Assembly (NCBI GenBank): GCA_051294375.1
Contig: CM119270.1
Coordinates: forward strand, 7,983,420 to 8,047,419
Direction of reading: 5' to 3'
DNA: 64,000 nt
Source of the DNA: Paraspadella gotoi
Lineage: Eukaryota > Animalia > Chaetognatha
Shown here: positions 50,612-64,000 of the stretch, piece by piece
How the letters are laid out: each line of letters opens with the position of its first letter
Numbering within the stretch: the first letter of the stretch is position 1
The notes under the pieces: generated by a model
What the model was told of the DNA's origin: nothing
Database searches by the model: none
What the model saw: the letters and a program-made list of their open reading frames with translations, nothing else
Position numbers and translations under genes: made by a program

Positions 50612-51953
50612 CTTGTTTTATGGAAATTCGTGAGGATTACAAGGAAGAAGATTCTTTGGAGTCAATAGTACTCAATTTATTTTGATAATTATAATTTTAT
50701 TTGTTTTTTAAAAGTTTTTGTGGAAAATGTGTGAAAAAATGTGTGGAAAAACAGTATTCGTTTTCTTTCATCTTTTTTTAAAATTAGAATGATTGGAAAG
50801 ATTGAAATGCAGATGTTGTATTTAAAATTTTTTATTGTATTGTACTGTATTGTATTAAATTTTCTGTAAAGGAAAAAATATCCAAGTAAAAAAAAATTCC
50901 TTTTTCATTACAAATTTTAAGCGTCTACACAAATTAAAAGAATAATGACCCGTTGACCCTCTCAACTTTTTTTTTCTTCAAAAATCAACAACTGAGAAAA
51001 GATTTGTTACACTTGGGTTTACAACCGCTACTCATTTTGACGAGAAAGGCGTCATAATTACTATAATCGTCATCGTGGTGTCATCGACTCAGTCTCAGTC
51101 TCTGACTTCTTCATCATTATCGCCTTTTCGAGAATAGAGAATCCATTTTCAATTAACGCATGACATGATCGAAGATAATAAACAAAAAGAAAGAACATTA
51201 TTTTAAAACCATTTAGTTTTATAAAACAGTTAGTTACATACCTCGTGGATAACCCCTTAAAAATCTATTAAAATAATATACATTCAGAGAAATTTTAAAA
51301 AATTCGTAAATTCGTAATATTATTGTTTCAATTTCCGCTCGGGCATTTTGCTTTTCTTCGAAAGAAAAAAAAAAGCTGGCAAACATATAAGTCGAAGGAT
51401 ATTTTCAGAACGAAATAAAGAAAAGGAAGAAATCGGGAAAAATCTTTGCGTGTTTCGAGTTTCGTCGACGACGACATCAGAAAAAGACCAAAGATCATAT
51501 TTCCCTTAACCTTCATTCATACTGTTTCAATTTTAAGACGGATCTCATGGAATGTCTCTGCGTTTGCCTTAGTCCTAGCCCTAGCCCTTACCCCTTAGCC
51601 ATAGCCATCGTCTTAGACTTAGCCCTTAGCCTTAGCTGTAATCATCGTCGTTTTTGTTGAAAACATTGATTTTCTAAATGTTAAGCCTTTTTTAGTTTGA
51701 CTTGTCACACTTGTCAGTTGTCACACCACTTGACGATTATATTTATATAACTATTTTCCCGTTTCTTTCAATTTAAATATATATCACGAACTTCCATCGA
51801 GAACACCAGAAATCCACGTATGTTTTTCAACTGGTAATTATTTTCGTTAGGATGGACACTTGATTAAACGATTTGTTCTATTTCACGCAGATCATGAAAA
51901 CAAAATTCGAAAGTCGATTTCATTGTGATTTACTAAAAAGTCGTCGTCTTCAT

Positions 51954-52065
<112 letters not shown>

Positions 52066-53880
52066 CCGCCCTCCATTCCCATAGAGGGTCAGTAAATTGC
52101 TTTCTATTTTCCCAAATCCTTGGCCTTATTGACCATCAGCCGCAAAAATGGGTAAGGTCACTAAAGAGAGGTCCGAAGGTGAGCAATAAATATTAAATGA
52201 CTCTGCGGTCACTTCGTTGTCCCGTCGAGTTGTGTTCAGAGTTCGTTATTTTTTTTTTGTCGGCAATATCGTTCTTCGTCAGTCTCTTTGTCGGCGTCTG
52301 CTTTTTTTTCCGTCCAGTGACACTGGCGCTCAATGAGTCCGTCTCTGTAGGTTGTTCTTTTGTTCCACTTTGTCCTTTTGTTTTGTCCTTTTGCTTCGTT
52401 TCAATAAAGAGTGAGCCCGTCGACTTTGTCGTTGAGTCCGAGTGATTTCGCCGAAGAAGAGAATTGATTATCTGGAAATCGAAAGAAAAAAAGGGGGGAA
52501 AAAAGGAAAAAGAAAGGCGACGAAATGACCAGGCCACTTTCCATTTCCCCCTCCCTCTTCCGTCCTCTCCTGTCCACCCCCCCCCCACTCGCTTCCCCCT
52601 TAAACCTCAAAATGACCCAGCTTCTCTCTCTTCTTCGATGGTCAGGGAAAAAAGGGGAGGAATCTCCCCGGACGAGTAAAGAGGAGAGAGACGAAGTGAT
52701 TTATCTTTTGTTTCGCATTTATTCTGGCCTTCTCCTTTGTCCTCTATTTATAAGAACATTATCATAGACATTTCTACTGAATACTTTTAGATTTTAAATG
52801 AAAAAAGAATCGAAGTAATATTATTTTTCCGATTAAATTTCTACATAAACCTCTTTTTCTTTCTCCCATTTTTAACTTTCTCGAAATCTATTCCAACCAT
52901 CTTTTCCTCGTTTCCCATCTTCACCCCTTCACAGGATTACCATTTCACATCTTCCTTTCCTTCCTCAACTTCCTCCCTTTCTTCCCCTTTCCTCCCCCTC
53001 TCTCTCCTTTTAATTTGGTCATCCAATGGTGGGCGTGGGAGTCATTGGCGACGGTCATCTCGCTGGTCAAGGTTTCTCGCGAATTGGAGAGACGAGCGAG
53101 GGAGGAAAGAAGAGAGCGAGGGAGAGGAAGGAAAGAGAGGGACGGACAGAGAGACCGAAACACGGGAGAAAGAGAAACGGGTCATTCCTTTATCCGTATA
53201 AATTCCCCCGGTGTCGCGATAACGGTATTTCCCGGTACTTTTTAACAAAGAGAGTAAAGTGAGGACGATTTACGAGAGGATAAACGATCATCGTGCTCGA
53301 GAGGTTGGCCTTTTATTCTCCGCCGCCAAATGAACGGCGTTCGTCGTCCATTGTTGCTCGCAAAAATGTACAGCACGTTTCATGCGATTCCTTTATTTAC
53401 AAGCGAATGGTCAGTTCGCGGTCGGTGTCGTTCAACTATGGCTTTCGAGAAGGATTAAAGACAACAAAGGGAGCTCTGGTAAAGGATAAATATAACATTA
53501 TTTCTCACGTTTTTAGTCGCTTAATCATTGTAACATGATATGAGACATGCTTTCACGTTATATATAGACCAAACAGCATTTTAGGCGGATAGTTTGGCTG
53601 ACTCTCTAACTTTTCTCTCCTTTGAGGCATAACTAAATAGATTCTTATAAAGTTTTCGTTTCCCTATTCAACAGCCAAAAAAAAAAAAGAAAAGAAAAGA
53701 AACTACTCCCCTTTTTACGACGTAACTGACGACTCGCAGGTCACGCCCATCATCGCTTTGGACCGGACGTCGCTAGATTCCCATTCATCCCTTGATCTCT
53801 CCGCGCTTCCCCGCGCCATCGCCGGGCGGCGCCTAATGAACTCGGGACAATAATTCAAAACCCATCATGGGGCGAATATC

Positions 53881-53996
53881 GATTCTACGAAGCGTAGCGG
53901 GATTCTATGGAGCGTAGCGCGATTTTATGGAGTGGGATAAGGATTCTACAGTGCGAAGAGCGATTCTATGAAGCGTAGCAGAATTCTAATGGAGCC
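53881..53996. repeat. Minisatellite, about 20-bp unit x6
   Basis: gattctacgaagcgtagcgg / gattctatggagcgtagcgc / gattttatggagtgggataag / gattctacagtgcgaagagc / gattctatgaagcgtagca / gaattctaatggagcc. Confidence 0.85.
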
Positions 53997-54626
53997 TAAC
54001 CTAATAAAGAAAATCAACAGAGATAAAATTGTATTTTAAAATATATAAAAAAGCTCGACATATTTTTCTTAAAATCTCCTGAAAAATCATGAATATGAAA
54101 TTTTGTACATAAAGTTTAGCCTTCTTTCTCATGATACAAAAAGTTTCTCTTATGATTTGATTTTATTCATATCAAGTAAAGATACAGATTGATGCACAAA
54201 GACATCAACAGGTAAATAAAAAAAAAAAGAAAAAAAAAGAAAACGAATAAGTTGGGTAATCAAAGCATGACACTTTTAACTTTTCAAAGGATTTTTATAC
54301 ATCAAAAATCGAAAAAGAATAACTTTGCTAATACTAAAAACATGACATTGAGAACAGATATACCCAAAAGGTTTGGATACAAACGCCCTGCTTGCATTTA
54401 TAATTTTAGTTATTTTCCGTGAACCTCATTGTATAACTAAAAAGACGACGAGGGGAGGAAGGTGCGAAGCGAACGGGAGAAAGAGAAAAACGGCCGGAGG
54501 AAAGAAAAGAGAGCGACGCCATTATGCAAATGAGATTTTGGGGTCGGAAGACCGGTCGGCGAGGAAACGAGATATTGACCGGGGGGAGGAACCCGCGCGT
54601 CTTTATCTCTATCGCCCCCCCCCCCA

Positions 54627-54728
<102 letters not shown>

Positions 54729-54934
54729 CTACGGCAACAAAAGAACAAGGAAAGCGATGGGCGGATCGGAAAGGAAAGGAAACGGCGACGAGTGAAACAG
54801 GGAAAGGATTCGAAAGAGAAAGGAAAAGGAGAGGAAAAGGAAAAGAAGGGTAAGGGACAGGAAAAGGATGGATCCGGAATTGTCCGAGGCAGGAAAAAGA
54901 CCACAAATCATTTTCCCGTCGCCCGGACGCACAA

Positions 54935-55022
<88 letters not shown>

Positions 55023-56185
55023 CAGATGGTCTTTGGTCTTGTTTTTCTTTCTGTCTCTCTTCCCCTATGTTCTGGATCGAGGAAGCGAGGGAAATGGGAC
55101 GTCACCTCATGTTTTATTAGGGAAGGAAAGGGCGCCCGAAGAGGGTGGACTTTGGACAATGGGCAAATAGGGGGGATGGTGAAAAGAGTCTTGCGACACG
55201 AGGACTAAAAAAAAAAGAGTCGAAACGTTGTCATAAAACATTGTACAGTAAGAAATTGTGGTGCGAAAAATTTAGAAAAATTCGTAAGTTAAAAACTTAA
55301 AATCATAAATTCCTCAGAAGCGTTCAATTTTAAAACAGAATTTTCATTACCCCGAATTTTCGGAAAACTTTTTGTAATTTATAAAACTTTTATTGTAATA
55401 CTTACTTCCTATATATTTGGATAAATATTTAAAGTAATCTAATCATAACTTATGTATGAAAGATTTAAAGAGTAAGGGGATAATAATAACCTCAATCGAA
55501 AAAAAAATTATGGTCGATCGATGTCGCTGGCGTCTTCACGATCTTCCGCAGCCCGTCGTCGATTTTAAAAACAAATGATCAGACCTCGTGCTTGGTTTGA
55601 ACAAAGTCCGTTATATGTGGTTCCTTTCGAACATTTCTGAACATTACAAACATTTCAAACTATTCCTATTGAAACCTACTTCATTTAATTTTAGATAATT
55701 TCTTTCTACTTTATTTTGTATCAGAAATACTATGCCTACGGGCATGGTCAAGAACGACAATTATCTTTATTTTTTCCATAACGCCTACATACCTGACCTT
55801 AAGCAGAGTTATCTTCCAACGCGCTCACCATCTTACGGCAACTTTACTTACCTTCACCAATGTCGCCTTCATCATCACCCAACGCCGCTCTTCCTCACCC
55901 ATCTCTCATAAATCCACATTTCCCACTAATCTTTTTTCTCATTCACTAAAGCTCTTAGTCACTCACCCCACCCCCCACCATCTCAACCCCTTTCCTTTCC
56001 AGCCCTTACCCTCCTCCTCGTCCGCCCGCGTCCTCAGCTTACTCGCCCCCACCGCCGGCGGTCGGCGCCAAAATATGCGAGAGAGAGTCCGACTTTTATG
56101 TCCTTAATAAAGTTTGAAGAAGCGAAAAGAAGAAGTTTGGAGCTTTTTTTTTTCTCTGATGGGAGAAGATTTTCGATTAAAAATA

Positions 56186-56250
<65 letters not shown>

Positions 56251-56993
56251 TTCTCTCTCTTTCTCTCTCCTCTAACTTTTTTCCGTGTTTTTTTTTTAAT
56301 ATTTCTTTCCTATCTTTCTATCTTTCTTTTTTTCTTTCTTTCTTTCTTGCTTTCTTTCTTTCCTTCTTTTTCTCTTTTTTCTCAAATTCCTCCTCTCCCC
56401 ATCATATACGCAAATTACTGCAAAATGTACGACACTTTCCTTCGTCCTTCACCTTTGTCCATAATTCCTGAGCAGTATCCTTATTTTTTCGTCCTCTTTC
56501 CTGACTTTTTTCTTGTTATTGTCTTTCTGCTGATCCTGACTGTTTTAAAGTTTTCTCGTCAGATAAACAGAAAGATAGGAAAAGCATTATAACCACTTTA
56601 TTACATATACAAAGACAGCAAAAATAACATTGTTCCATAGCTCAATCTTTTCCTCACTCCACTCTAATAGCCAGCATTTAACCACATTTAAAATTGATTT
56701 TTTAATTCAATGTTCGTCATCGTTCACAATTGAAGAGCAATACAATATAAGTTTAAAAATATACAAATATGAATATTGATTTATACAATGCGTGCTACAT
56801 TACAATGAAAACGATGAAAGTCCTTGGACGTCATACATAAGCGGTTTATATTTTTAAATTTTATTTTTTCATTATGAATCATTATTTATTTGTCGACAAT
56901 CGTTATCGTCGCTCGTAGAAAACTTTTTCGACACTGTTCGTCAAAATTTCTTCATTTTCTCTTTCAAACTCAGCATATTTAAGAAAAAGATAT

Positions 56994-57075
56994 CGCTGTG
57001 AACAGGGTTCGAACCTGTGCGGGAATATCCCATTGGATTTCGAGTCCAACGCCTTAACCACTCGGCCATCACAGC
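56994..57075 (-). tRNA. trnS-CGA: tRNA-Ser(CGA)
   Basis: GCTGTGATGGCCGAGTGGTTAAGGCGTTGGACTCGAAATCCAATGGGATATTCCCGCACAGGTTCGAACCCTGTTCACAGCG: 82 nt, perfect acceptor, anticodon and T stems, long variable arm, G discriminator, A and B boxes, T5 run just downstream. Confidence 0.97.
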
Positions 57076-57250
57076 ACCATGACAAAGGAGAGAAATAAAA
57101 AAGAGAGAAGAAAGATAAATTCCGTTAAATTTGCTTTGAATTTTTAATTATTACCACTAATCGCTATCTCATTTGCTTTATTTCAAGTCCCAAATATGAT
57201 AGTAAAAATCTTTAGTAAAAAATAGAAATTTAAAGGACCACGAGATTAAC

Positions 57251-57255
57251 AAAAA
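57251..57255 (-). terminator. Pol III oligo-T terminator of the second tRNA (the first has one at 56984-56988)
   Basis: TTTTT on the minus strand 4-5 nt after each tRNA 3' end. Confidence 0.7.
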
Positions 57256-57259
57256 TTAT

Positions 57260-57341
57260 CGCTGTGAACAGGGTTCGAACCTGTGCGGGAATATCCCATT
57301 GGATTTCGAGTCCAACGCCTTAACCACTCGGCCATCACAGC
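57260..57341 (-). tRNA. trnS-CGA: tRNA-Ser(CGA), second identical copy
   Basis: Same 82-nt sequence as 56994-57075; T5 Pol III terminator at 57251-57255. Confidence 0.97.
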
Positions 57342-58281
57342 TACTGAAAGTTTTCATGTTTTTTATGTTATTTATTCCTCGAAGAGCGAGAGAAGAGGAG
57401 TTCGCTGCTCTGCCGATTTTTTTATGCTCGTCGTTCCCTGAAGCGGCTGCAGGGTATTTGAACAGACGCAGTCGGAGCAGAGCAGCGGCTGAGCAGACCA
57501 GCAACGCAGATGTAAATCAAGGCTGCTGGGCCTTGAATGAGGGAAGAAGAAAAGTTTTGAACAAAACAAAAAGGGAACGAAGGGCCAGCCGGGGCGAGTT
57601 GTCTGTCATGACATCGTATAAGTTATACTATATAACACTACTGATACTAATACTAATAACAATGATTCATATATAATTTAAATATTTTCTTTTTTTCCTA
57701 TTATTCAAAAACTCTTTTTCGTTTTTGTTTTTTTTTGTTTTTTTTGGACAACAAGAAATCCTCTGCAAATATATGTAGCATAAAATAAAAATAATAGTAG
57801 TATATTTTAAATTAAAATCAGGAATTAGCAAAACTTTTAACACTATAGTTTCTAAAACTAAGTGCCCACAGCCCACGTATGAGAAATTTGAGGAGAAACT
57901 TATCTTTTAGCGAAAGGACTCATTCGTCAAAAAGACCTCCTTGGCTGGAAACACCCGAATCTTCATGAAAAATGGAGAGAAAAAAATATGTCTTTCTTTG
58001 TTTTTTTTTCTCAAGTTTTTCTTCTTTCTCTTTGGCCGACTGCACATTATAACCGCGGCCTTATTTTCTTTTGTTACATTTTCAAATAAATTTTATAAAA
58101 TGATTGCTTTTAATTGATAAAGAAATAATTTAACTGGAACACCTGAGCACTTCAGTTTGAAATTTAAAGGGCTTTTCGTTATATTGTTTTAATTTTTTAT
58201 TACTTTAATAGGTTGTCTGAACTAATCGAAAAAATTCGTAAATTTAATGTACGTGATCCGACGTCGGTTACTATACATTAG

Positions 58282-58337
<56 letters not shown>

Positions 58338-58343
58338 TTCGCT

Positions 58344-58391
<48 letters not shown>

Positions 58392-58796
58392 GGTGAATTA
58401 TGGGCCCCCGTAACGCCGAGGCGTTTTTTTTTTAACTCGAAATTCCAAAAATCTCACGACTATTTTTCACGTTACCGTTTTAATTTATTCCCGCCTCCAC
58501 CCTCCCTTCCCCCCCTACCGATCCTTCGGACGTAACATCTGTCTCCAAATTTATGCACAAATCCACTTTTTGCCTGTTACCCTACTTTTTCTGTCAAAGA
58601 AAAAAGGGGAATAAATCTTACACACGCGGTCTCTCGCCGGCCTCCGTAGTCCTCAGGGGGCAAAAACCGCCAGACATTATTTCACGTTTGTTAAAGAGGT
58701 CGTTATTCATTAATCCTGATGTTGAATTCACTCGTGACGGGCGACTTTATAGAAGTCACTTTTTTCTAAGATGCATTAAGAGTATAAATATTTGTC

Positions 58797-59001
58797 AAAT
58801 TGAAACGGTCTTTGGAATATTTCACCACTTCATTGATGGGAAAGCCAGGTACTCTGGGAGTGAGTCAACGAGACTGTAGGAGAGGGTTATGTTATTATCT
58901 TGATGGAGGCCCTAAACCACCATATCTGTCCAAAGTCTGAGAAAAGACAGCTTATTTATCAAATGAATGGATATTTTTTATATTGGTGATACAAATTTTA
59001 T
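58797..59001 (-). mobile_element. Dispersed repeat copy of about 200 bp (inverted relative to the 61721-61942 and 38671-38766 copies)
   Basis: ccacttcattgatgggaaagccaggtactctgggagtga...gatggaggccctaaaccacc...tgtccaaagtc...agcttatttatcaaatgaatggata is the diverged reverse complement of 61721-61942. Confidence 0.75.
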
Positions 59002-59564
59002 AGAACTATTTGTGTTAAAAGCGTTGCAGATGAGAATCACTTCGAAGATATTAGTTTTAATATGTTTTTTAACGCGACTTTGTCTGTCCCTATCCTTTCG
59101 GTATTTCTTCGAACATCGCCGAAGTGATCGTGTTTTGAAACAACTTGGGAATTGACAAATTTCGTTCCGCTTTTTTCTTCTCTGTTTACTCAGTCCTTCC
59201 TTTTTTCACTTTGCATTAATTCTTTTTTTTTTTTTTAAATTCAACCGAAAAAACTTTTAAAGTAGGGCTAGTCACCTTAGACAAATTGTAATCATCGAGA
59301 TTGTTTTCCCAAAACTTTTGATAAGGTAATAAAAACAGTATCCAATCCCTCCCCAGCTTTTTCCCCATCGTTGAATGTCTCACTCATTTCTCCCCATCAG
59401 CTTGTCTTTCACCAGCTGTTCCTCTCCAGCTCACCTTCTCCCTCTTTCCTTTGACTGCCATCCTTTTCTCATCCTAGTTTCCAGTTTTACAACTTTCTCA
59501 GACACGCCCTGGCTCAAGCCGCGCATCGCGTCCAAAAGGAGAGGCTTCCCAGGCTGCCGCCGTC

Positions 59565-59677
<113 letters not shown>

Positions 59678-61720
59678 TTCGATATTAAGATTTTGTAAAC
59701 ATTTCGCGATGAGGCATTCTTTCTCCGGGATGATTTGCTGCATATGTCGATCATTACCTTTTGAAGGCATAAAACTGCGAGAAAGAGAAATAAAAATGGA
59801 CAAAAAAAAAAAAGATAAAAGATGAGGAAAGCAAAGACAAAAAAATCAAAAAATTTTAAAAAGAAAATGGAAAAAAAAAAGCAAAAAGAAGAAAGAAAAA
59901 AAAGAAAGAAAGAAGAAAGATAAGAAAGAAAGAAGAAAGAAAGAAAGAAAGAAGAAAGAAAGAACGAGAAAGGAAAAAAGAAATAAAGAAAATAAGGAAA
60001 GAAAGAAAGAAAGAAAGAAAGAAGGAAAGAAAGAAAAAGAAAGAAAGAAAGAAAGAAGAAAGAAGAAAAGAAAGAAAATGAAAATAATGAAATTAAGACT
60101 GAAATGAAAAGTAAAAGCAAAATAAAGAAAGCTTTTAATTCCATCCGAAAAAAAATTTTCGAGCTAAAATCAAAACATGAGTTTAAAAGCGTCGTAAAAA
60201 AAATATATTTTCTTTTTCTTTTATTTCTAACGAAAACAATAAAGAAAAATTATTGTTTAATCGCGCCTTTATTTATGAGCGAATTTAAAATTAAACAAGC
60301 ATCGCATTTGCTCGCCTTTTGTGGTTTATGACGACGAACTTAGATAATGAGCAAAGAGCTTGTCAAAGATGAGATCAACGTTATAAGTATTGCCCGATTT
60401 TCAAAAATAATAATATCTTAGTGTTATGATTAACTAACAATCTTTAAAGCTTTAGTTTTGGTAGTACAATCCTAGGGGAGCAGCTGGTTTTTTCTTCCCT
60501 GGTGACGATTGACGTCTCAAGACTTTTTTCTGAATTATTCTTTCTTATTTTGTAATTTTTCTCTCAGAATTGGGAAATCACGTCTCAGTGGTTTAATGGC
60601 GAGCGAGTAGCTTCCCAAGCTAACTCATCTTTGATTTCTTTCGAGATGTCCCACTCGCGATAGGCGATACAAAAGGACGCTCATTGTTATCATGTTCAAG
60701 GAAAATACAGACCAGTCTCACGTGAAACTCTGATTCGGTTTAGTCTATACTACTTTTATTTAACATTATTACAAAGTAGAAAAACAGTAGTCGTGTGGAG
60801 TCTTGTGACAAATAGGTACTCGCTTGGATTTACATCCTGTTTCTTATCTGTTATCTTTAAAGAAAAAACAAAGTTCCGGTTTCAAATTGTAAACTTTCGA
60901 TCAAACTTGTTTCCATAACGTTATTGATGTTAATCAAAAGGAGCCGGGCCAATCATTTCACGTCTAGACGTCTCACTACGTCACAGCATTTACATACTTA
61001 AAAAGCGAGCATAATTTTTATAAAGTTTGTTAAGTTTAAACCAAAAAACAATTTCTTTCATTTCTTTTAAAAATGAATCAATGACAAGTTGACAGAAAAG
61101 GCGACTAAGGAGAAGAAAAGGAGAAAAAGTGGGGACAGAGAGGGGAAGTGAGGAAAAGAGATAGAAGTGGGAAAAAAGAGAGGGGAAGTAGGAAAAAGAG
61201 TTGGGATGAGTTTTTACTTTTATTTCCGTCTGGATTTTGACTTAGAATTTGGACGGAGAATAGAATGAAAAACTAAAAATTGAAAAAGAAAAATATATAA
61301 AAAAAAGTTTTTTCTCACGCTGGTTTGACTTTGTCGCGCGGTTTTCGGACCCAAAACAGAGAAATTCGCGTCTCTAATAATCTCATTTTATTTATTCTTA
61401 GTTTTTTTTTTTCAAGAGAAAACTAGAAAGTTAATGACTTTGGACAGTAAAGAAAAAAGCGTTCGTAGTAATTGGTTAAGTTTGACGGAAACCAATCAAC
61501 AATAAATCAAGGGAGAATTCAAACCGATCGGAGTTATTCTTTTGTGTTTGTATGAAGTCTGTTATTTATGAGATTTGAGTCTGGTTTTTTTAAATATTTT
61601 ACAAATTCATAATTTTAAGGTGATCAACCCAATTTTTATATTGACTATATAAAACTTTTAATGGTATTAATAATCTGATACTAAAATCTACTTTGATGTA
61701 ATTTCTTGTTTATCGTAATA

Positions 61721-61942
61721 ATATGAAATTGGTACAACCAATATAAAAATTATCCATTCATTTAATAAATAAGCTATCTTGCCCCTGACTTTGGACAGGC
61801 TTTGGTGGTTTAAGGCCTCCATCACTCTTACAAGATAATGACATAGCAGGTCCCTGCAAGCTCACAGTCTCGTTTATTCACTCCCAGAGTACCTGGCTTC
61901 CCTATCAATGAAGTGGAAAATATTTCAATGAATGTTTCAATT
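61721..61942 (+). mobile_element. Dispersed repeat copy of about 220 bp
   Basis: Shares ataaaaattatccattc..taataaa.aagctatcttgcccctgactttggacaggctt..tttaaggcctcca with 38671-38766 and the inverse with 58797-59001. Confidence 0.75.
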
Positions 61943-64000
61943 GTTTGAAAAGACCACACCCTTAATATATTATTATATTATTATTAATATTATATTATAA
62001 TATTTTAATATAATATATTAATATATATATAATATTATATTATAATATATTAATATATATATAATATTATAATATATTAATATTATTAATATATTATTAT
62101 TCAACGTGACTAATCTTAGAACTTTTTTAAATGGCAAGAACAGAACCAGATTTTCGTATTAGGTAATGTTAATGATTATAAAAGAATCCAAAATATGTAA
62201 TGTAAAAAATAGGAAATCGCTATGAACTCANNNNNNNNNNNNNNNNNNNNNNNNNNNNNNNNNNNNNNNNNNNNNNNNNNNNNNNNNNNNNNNNNNNNNN
62301 NNNNNNNNNNNNNNNNNNNNNNNNNNNNNNNNNNNNNNNNNNNNNNNNNNNNNNNNNNNNNNNNNNNNNNNNNNNNNNNNNNNNNNNNNNNNNNNNNNNN
62401 NNNNNNNNNNNNNNNNNNNNNNNNNNNNNNNNNNNNNNNNNNNNNNNNNNNNNNNNNNNNNNNNNNNNNNNNNNNNNNNNNNNNNNNNNNNNNNNNNNNN
62501 NNNNNNNNNNNNNNNNNNNNNNNNNNNNNNNNNNNNNNNNNNNNNNNNNNNNNNNNNNNNNNNNNNNNNNNNNNNNNNNCTCACCTAATTCTCACAATTG
62601 ATTTGCATCTAATCTTCTCTTCTTTTTACGATGACGACGACGACAACGATGACGACGACGACGACGAATGTAGGAATTAAGATCACCCACGAATCAATGC
62701 GTTCGTCTCTTCTTGCTTTTATTTCAACAACACCTCATTGTCTTCGTCTCAGTCAAACAATTATGGTGGTGAGGCAGTGTATACCGACACAGTGGGTTAT
62801 TTCATATTGACATTTGTTTGTTAATAAAGCTTTGTTTGAAATTTTTTTAAATTATTTTATTCTACTGTGTTTAAAGTTTTTTGTTTTCTTATTTTTTTTA
62901 TTTTAAAAATATTTTTAATTTTTCTCTTCAGATGGTTATAAGCGGTGACCGAGTGGTGTTGTCATTTTTCAATGGCAGCTTAATCGTCACCCTTACGGAC
63001 ATTGTCAGTTGGTTTTCCTCATTCTCCTTTTTGCGAGGATAACCTTGACCACCACCAATGAGAAGACGACGACGACGACGACGAAAATGACGACAGTTAA
63101 ATAGCGCCAGGAAAACGTTTGCCTCACTTGAAAAAATCGTTTGTAAATTTTTTTTTTTGGATAAATTTTAATTTAAAAATAGTAAAGTGCGGGTGATTGA
63201 TAATGAAAGGGAAAAAACTACGAAAAAAATATAGACCCGCATTAAAAAAACCTTTGTACACTAACTAGCCCGCATGTACATGGCTTTTTTTTTAAACGTC
63301 AATCGAGTTTAATCGAGTTAAATGTTTTTTTAGTCATTTATCCTTGATCGAGAAAAGAAATGATTATGATGGCGTTATTTTAAAAAAATGTTTTATTCCT
63401 TAAATTTTTTTTTTAAATCTAATAATTGTTAATATTATCAAAATGTTAAAATTCTTGCTATTTTGTCCAATTAATTTTTTTTTTCTTTCTTAAAATTTAG
63501 TCCAGGTTAATTTAGTACTGATGATTGTTAAATACTTGCAATCGAGAATAATGTCAAATTATGAAAGTAATTATATTTTAACATATTTTTTATTTAATGT
63601 TCTAAAAAAAAACTTTTTAAAAGTTTTCATGTTTTTAAACAAAAAAAACCCGGGTTTACTCTTTGCTGATAATAAGCTAAATAACTCTGGACGGTGTTGT
63701 GAGATGAAACCCTACATAAATCACCATAAATTGTTTTCCTCGATGGAATCCTCTGGGAGTCAAGAATAACTTAACACTCAGAATATTTGAGAATGTCATG
63801 ATTCAAAATCTATTTTTAAGCCTTGCCTTCAAGTGTTTGATAATTATTACGAGAAAAAAAAGAAAAAGATATATAGAGTGGAACATTTTTATCGGAATCA
63901 CAGAAAAAAGTACATATAAGTAGCGAGGAAGAGGAGGAGCAAAAGATTGAAAAGTTTTGTTTGACTTGACGGAATTGGAAGCTAAATTTAAAAAAAAAAA

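Noticed and set aside
53881-53996. CRISPR-like appearance of regularly spaced gattct repeats
   Set aside because: Head-to-tail 20-bp minisatellite with no unique spacers, eukaryotic context, no cas genes.
56903-57504. Two ORFs sharing CDGRVVKALDSKSNGIFPHRFEPCSQR
   Set aside because: Translation of the two tRNA-Ser genes.
61963-62101. Self-complementary AT-only stretch
   Set aside because: Low-complexity (TA/TAA) sequence is trivially palindromic and lies next to a gap.

Overview
AT-rich animal (invertebrate-type) genomic DNA with spliceosomal introns, very dense (GA)n/(TC)n microsatellites and eight N gaps; the species cannot be determined from sequence. Most ORF-track entries are microsatellite artefacts. 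Supported content: (1) a complete BMP2/4 (dpp-family) gene on the minus strand with two coding exons (14049-14505 and 12560-13851, 582 aa). It has a canonical ligand domain but an expanded low-complexity prodomain with extra furin-type sites. (2) Upstream on the same strand, a roughly 42-exon gene (26480-50611) that I spliced by hand into a continuous 6114-nt frame (about 2037 aa). It encodes a giant F-box/WD40 (FBXW-class) protein: D-domain-like motif, about 1000-aa disordered region packed with RRxS motifs, second D-domain-like motif, F-box, and seven WD40-like blades. (3) Two plus-strand exons encoding a Kazal domain (3821-4434) in an error-prone part of the assembly. (4) Two identical tRNA-Ser(CGA) genes next to a long hairpin. 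(5) Dispersed repeats, SINE-like and HINE-like remnants, telomere-like minisatellites and candidate cis-regulatory clusters. All exon models are manual and need RNA-seq confirmation.
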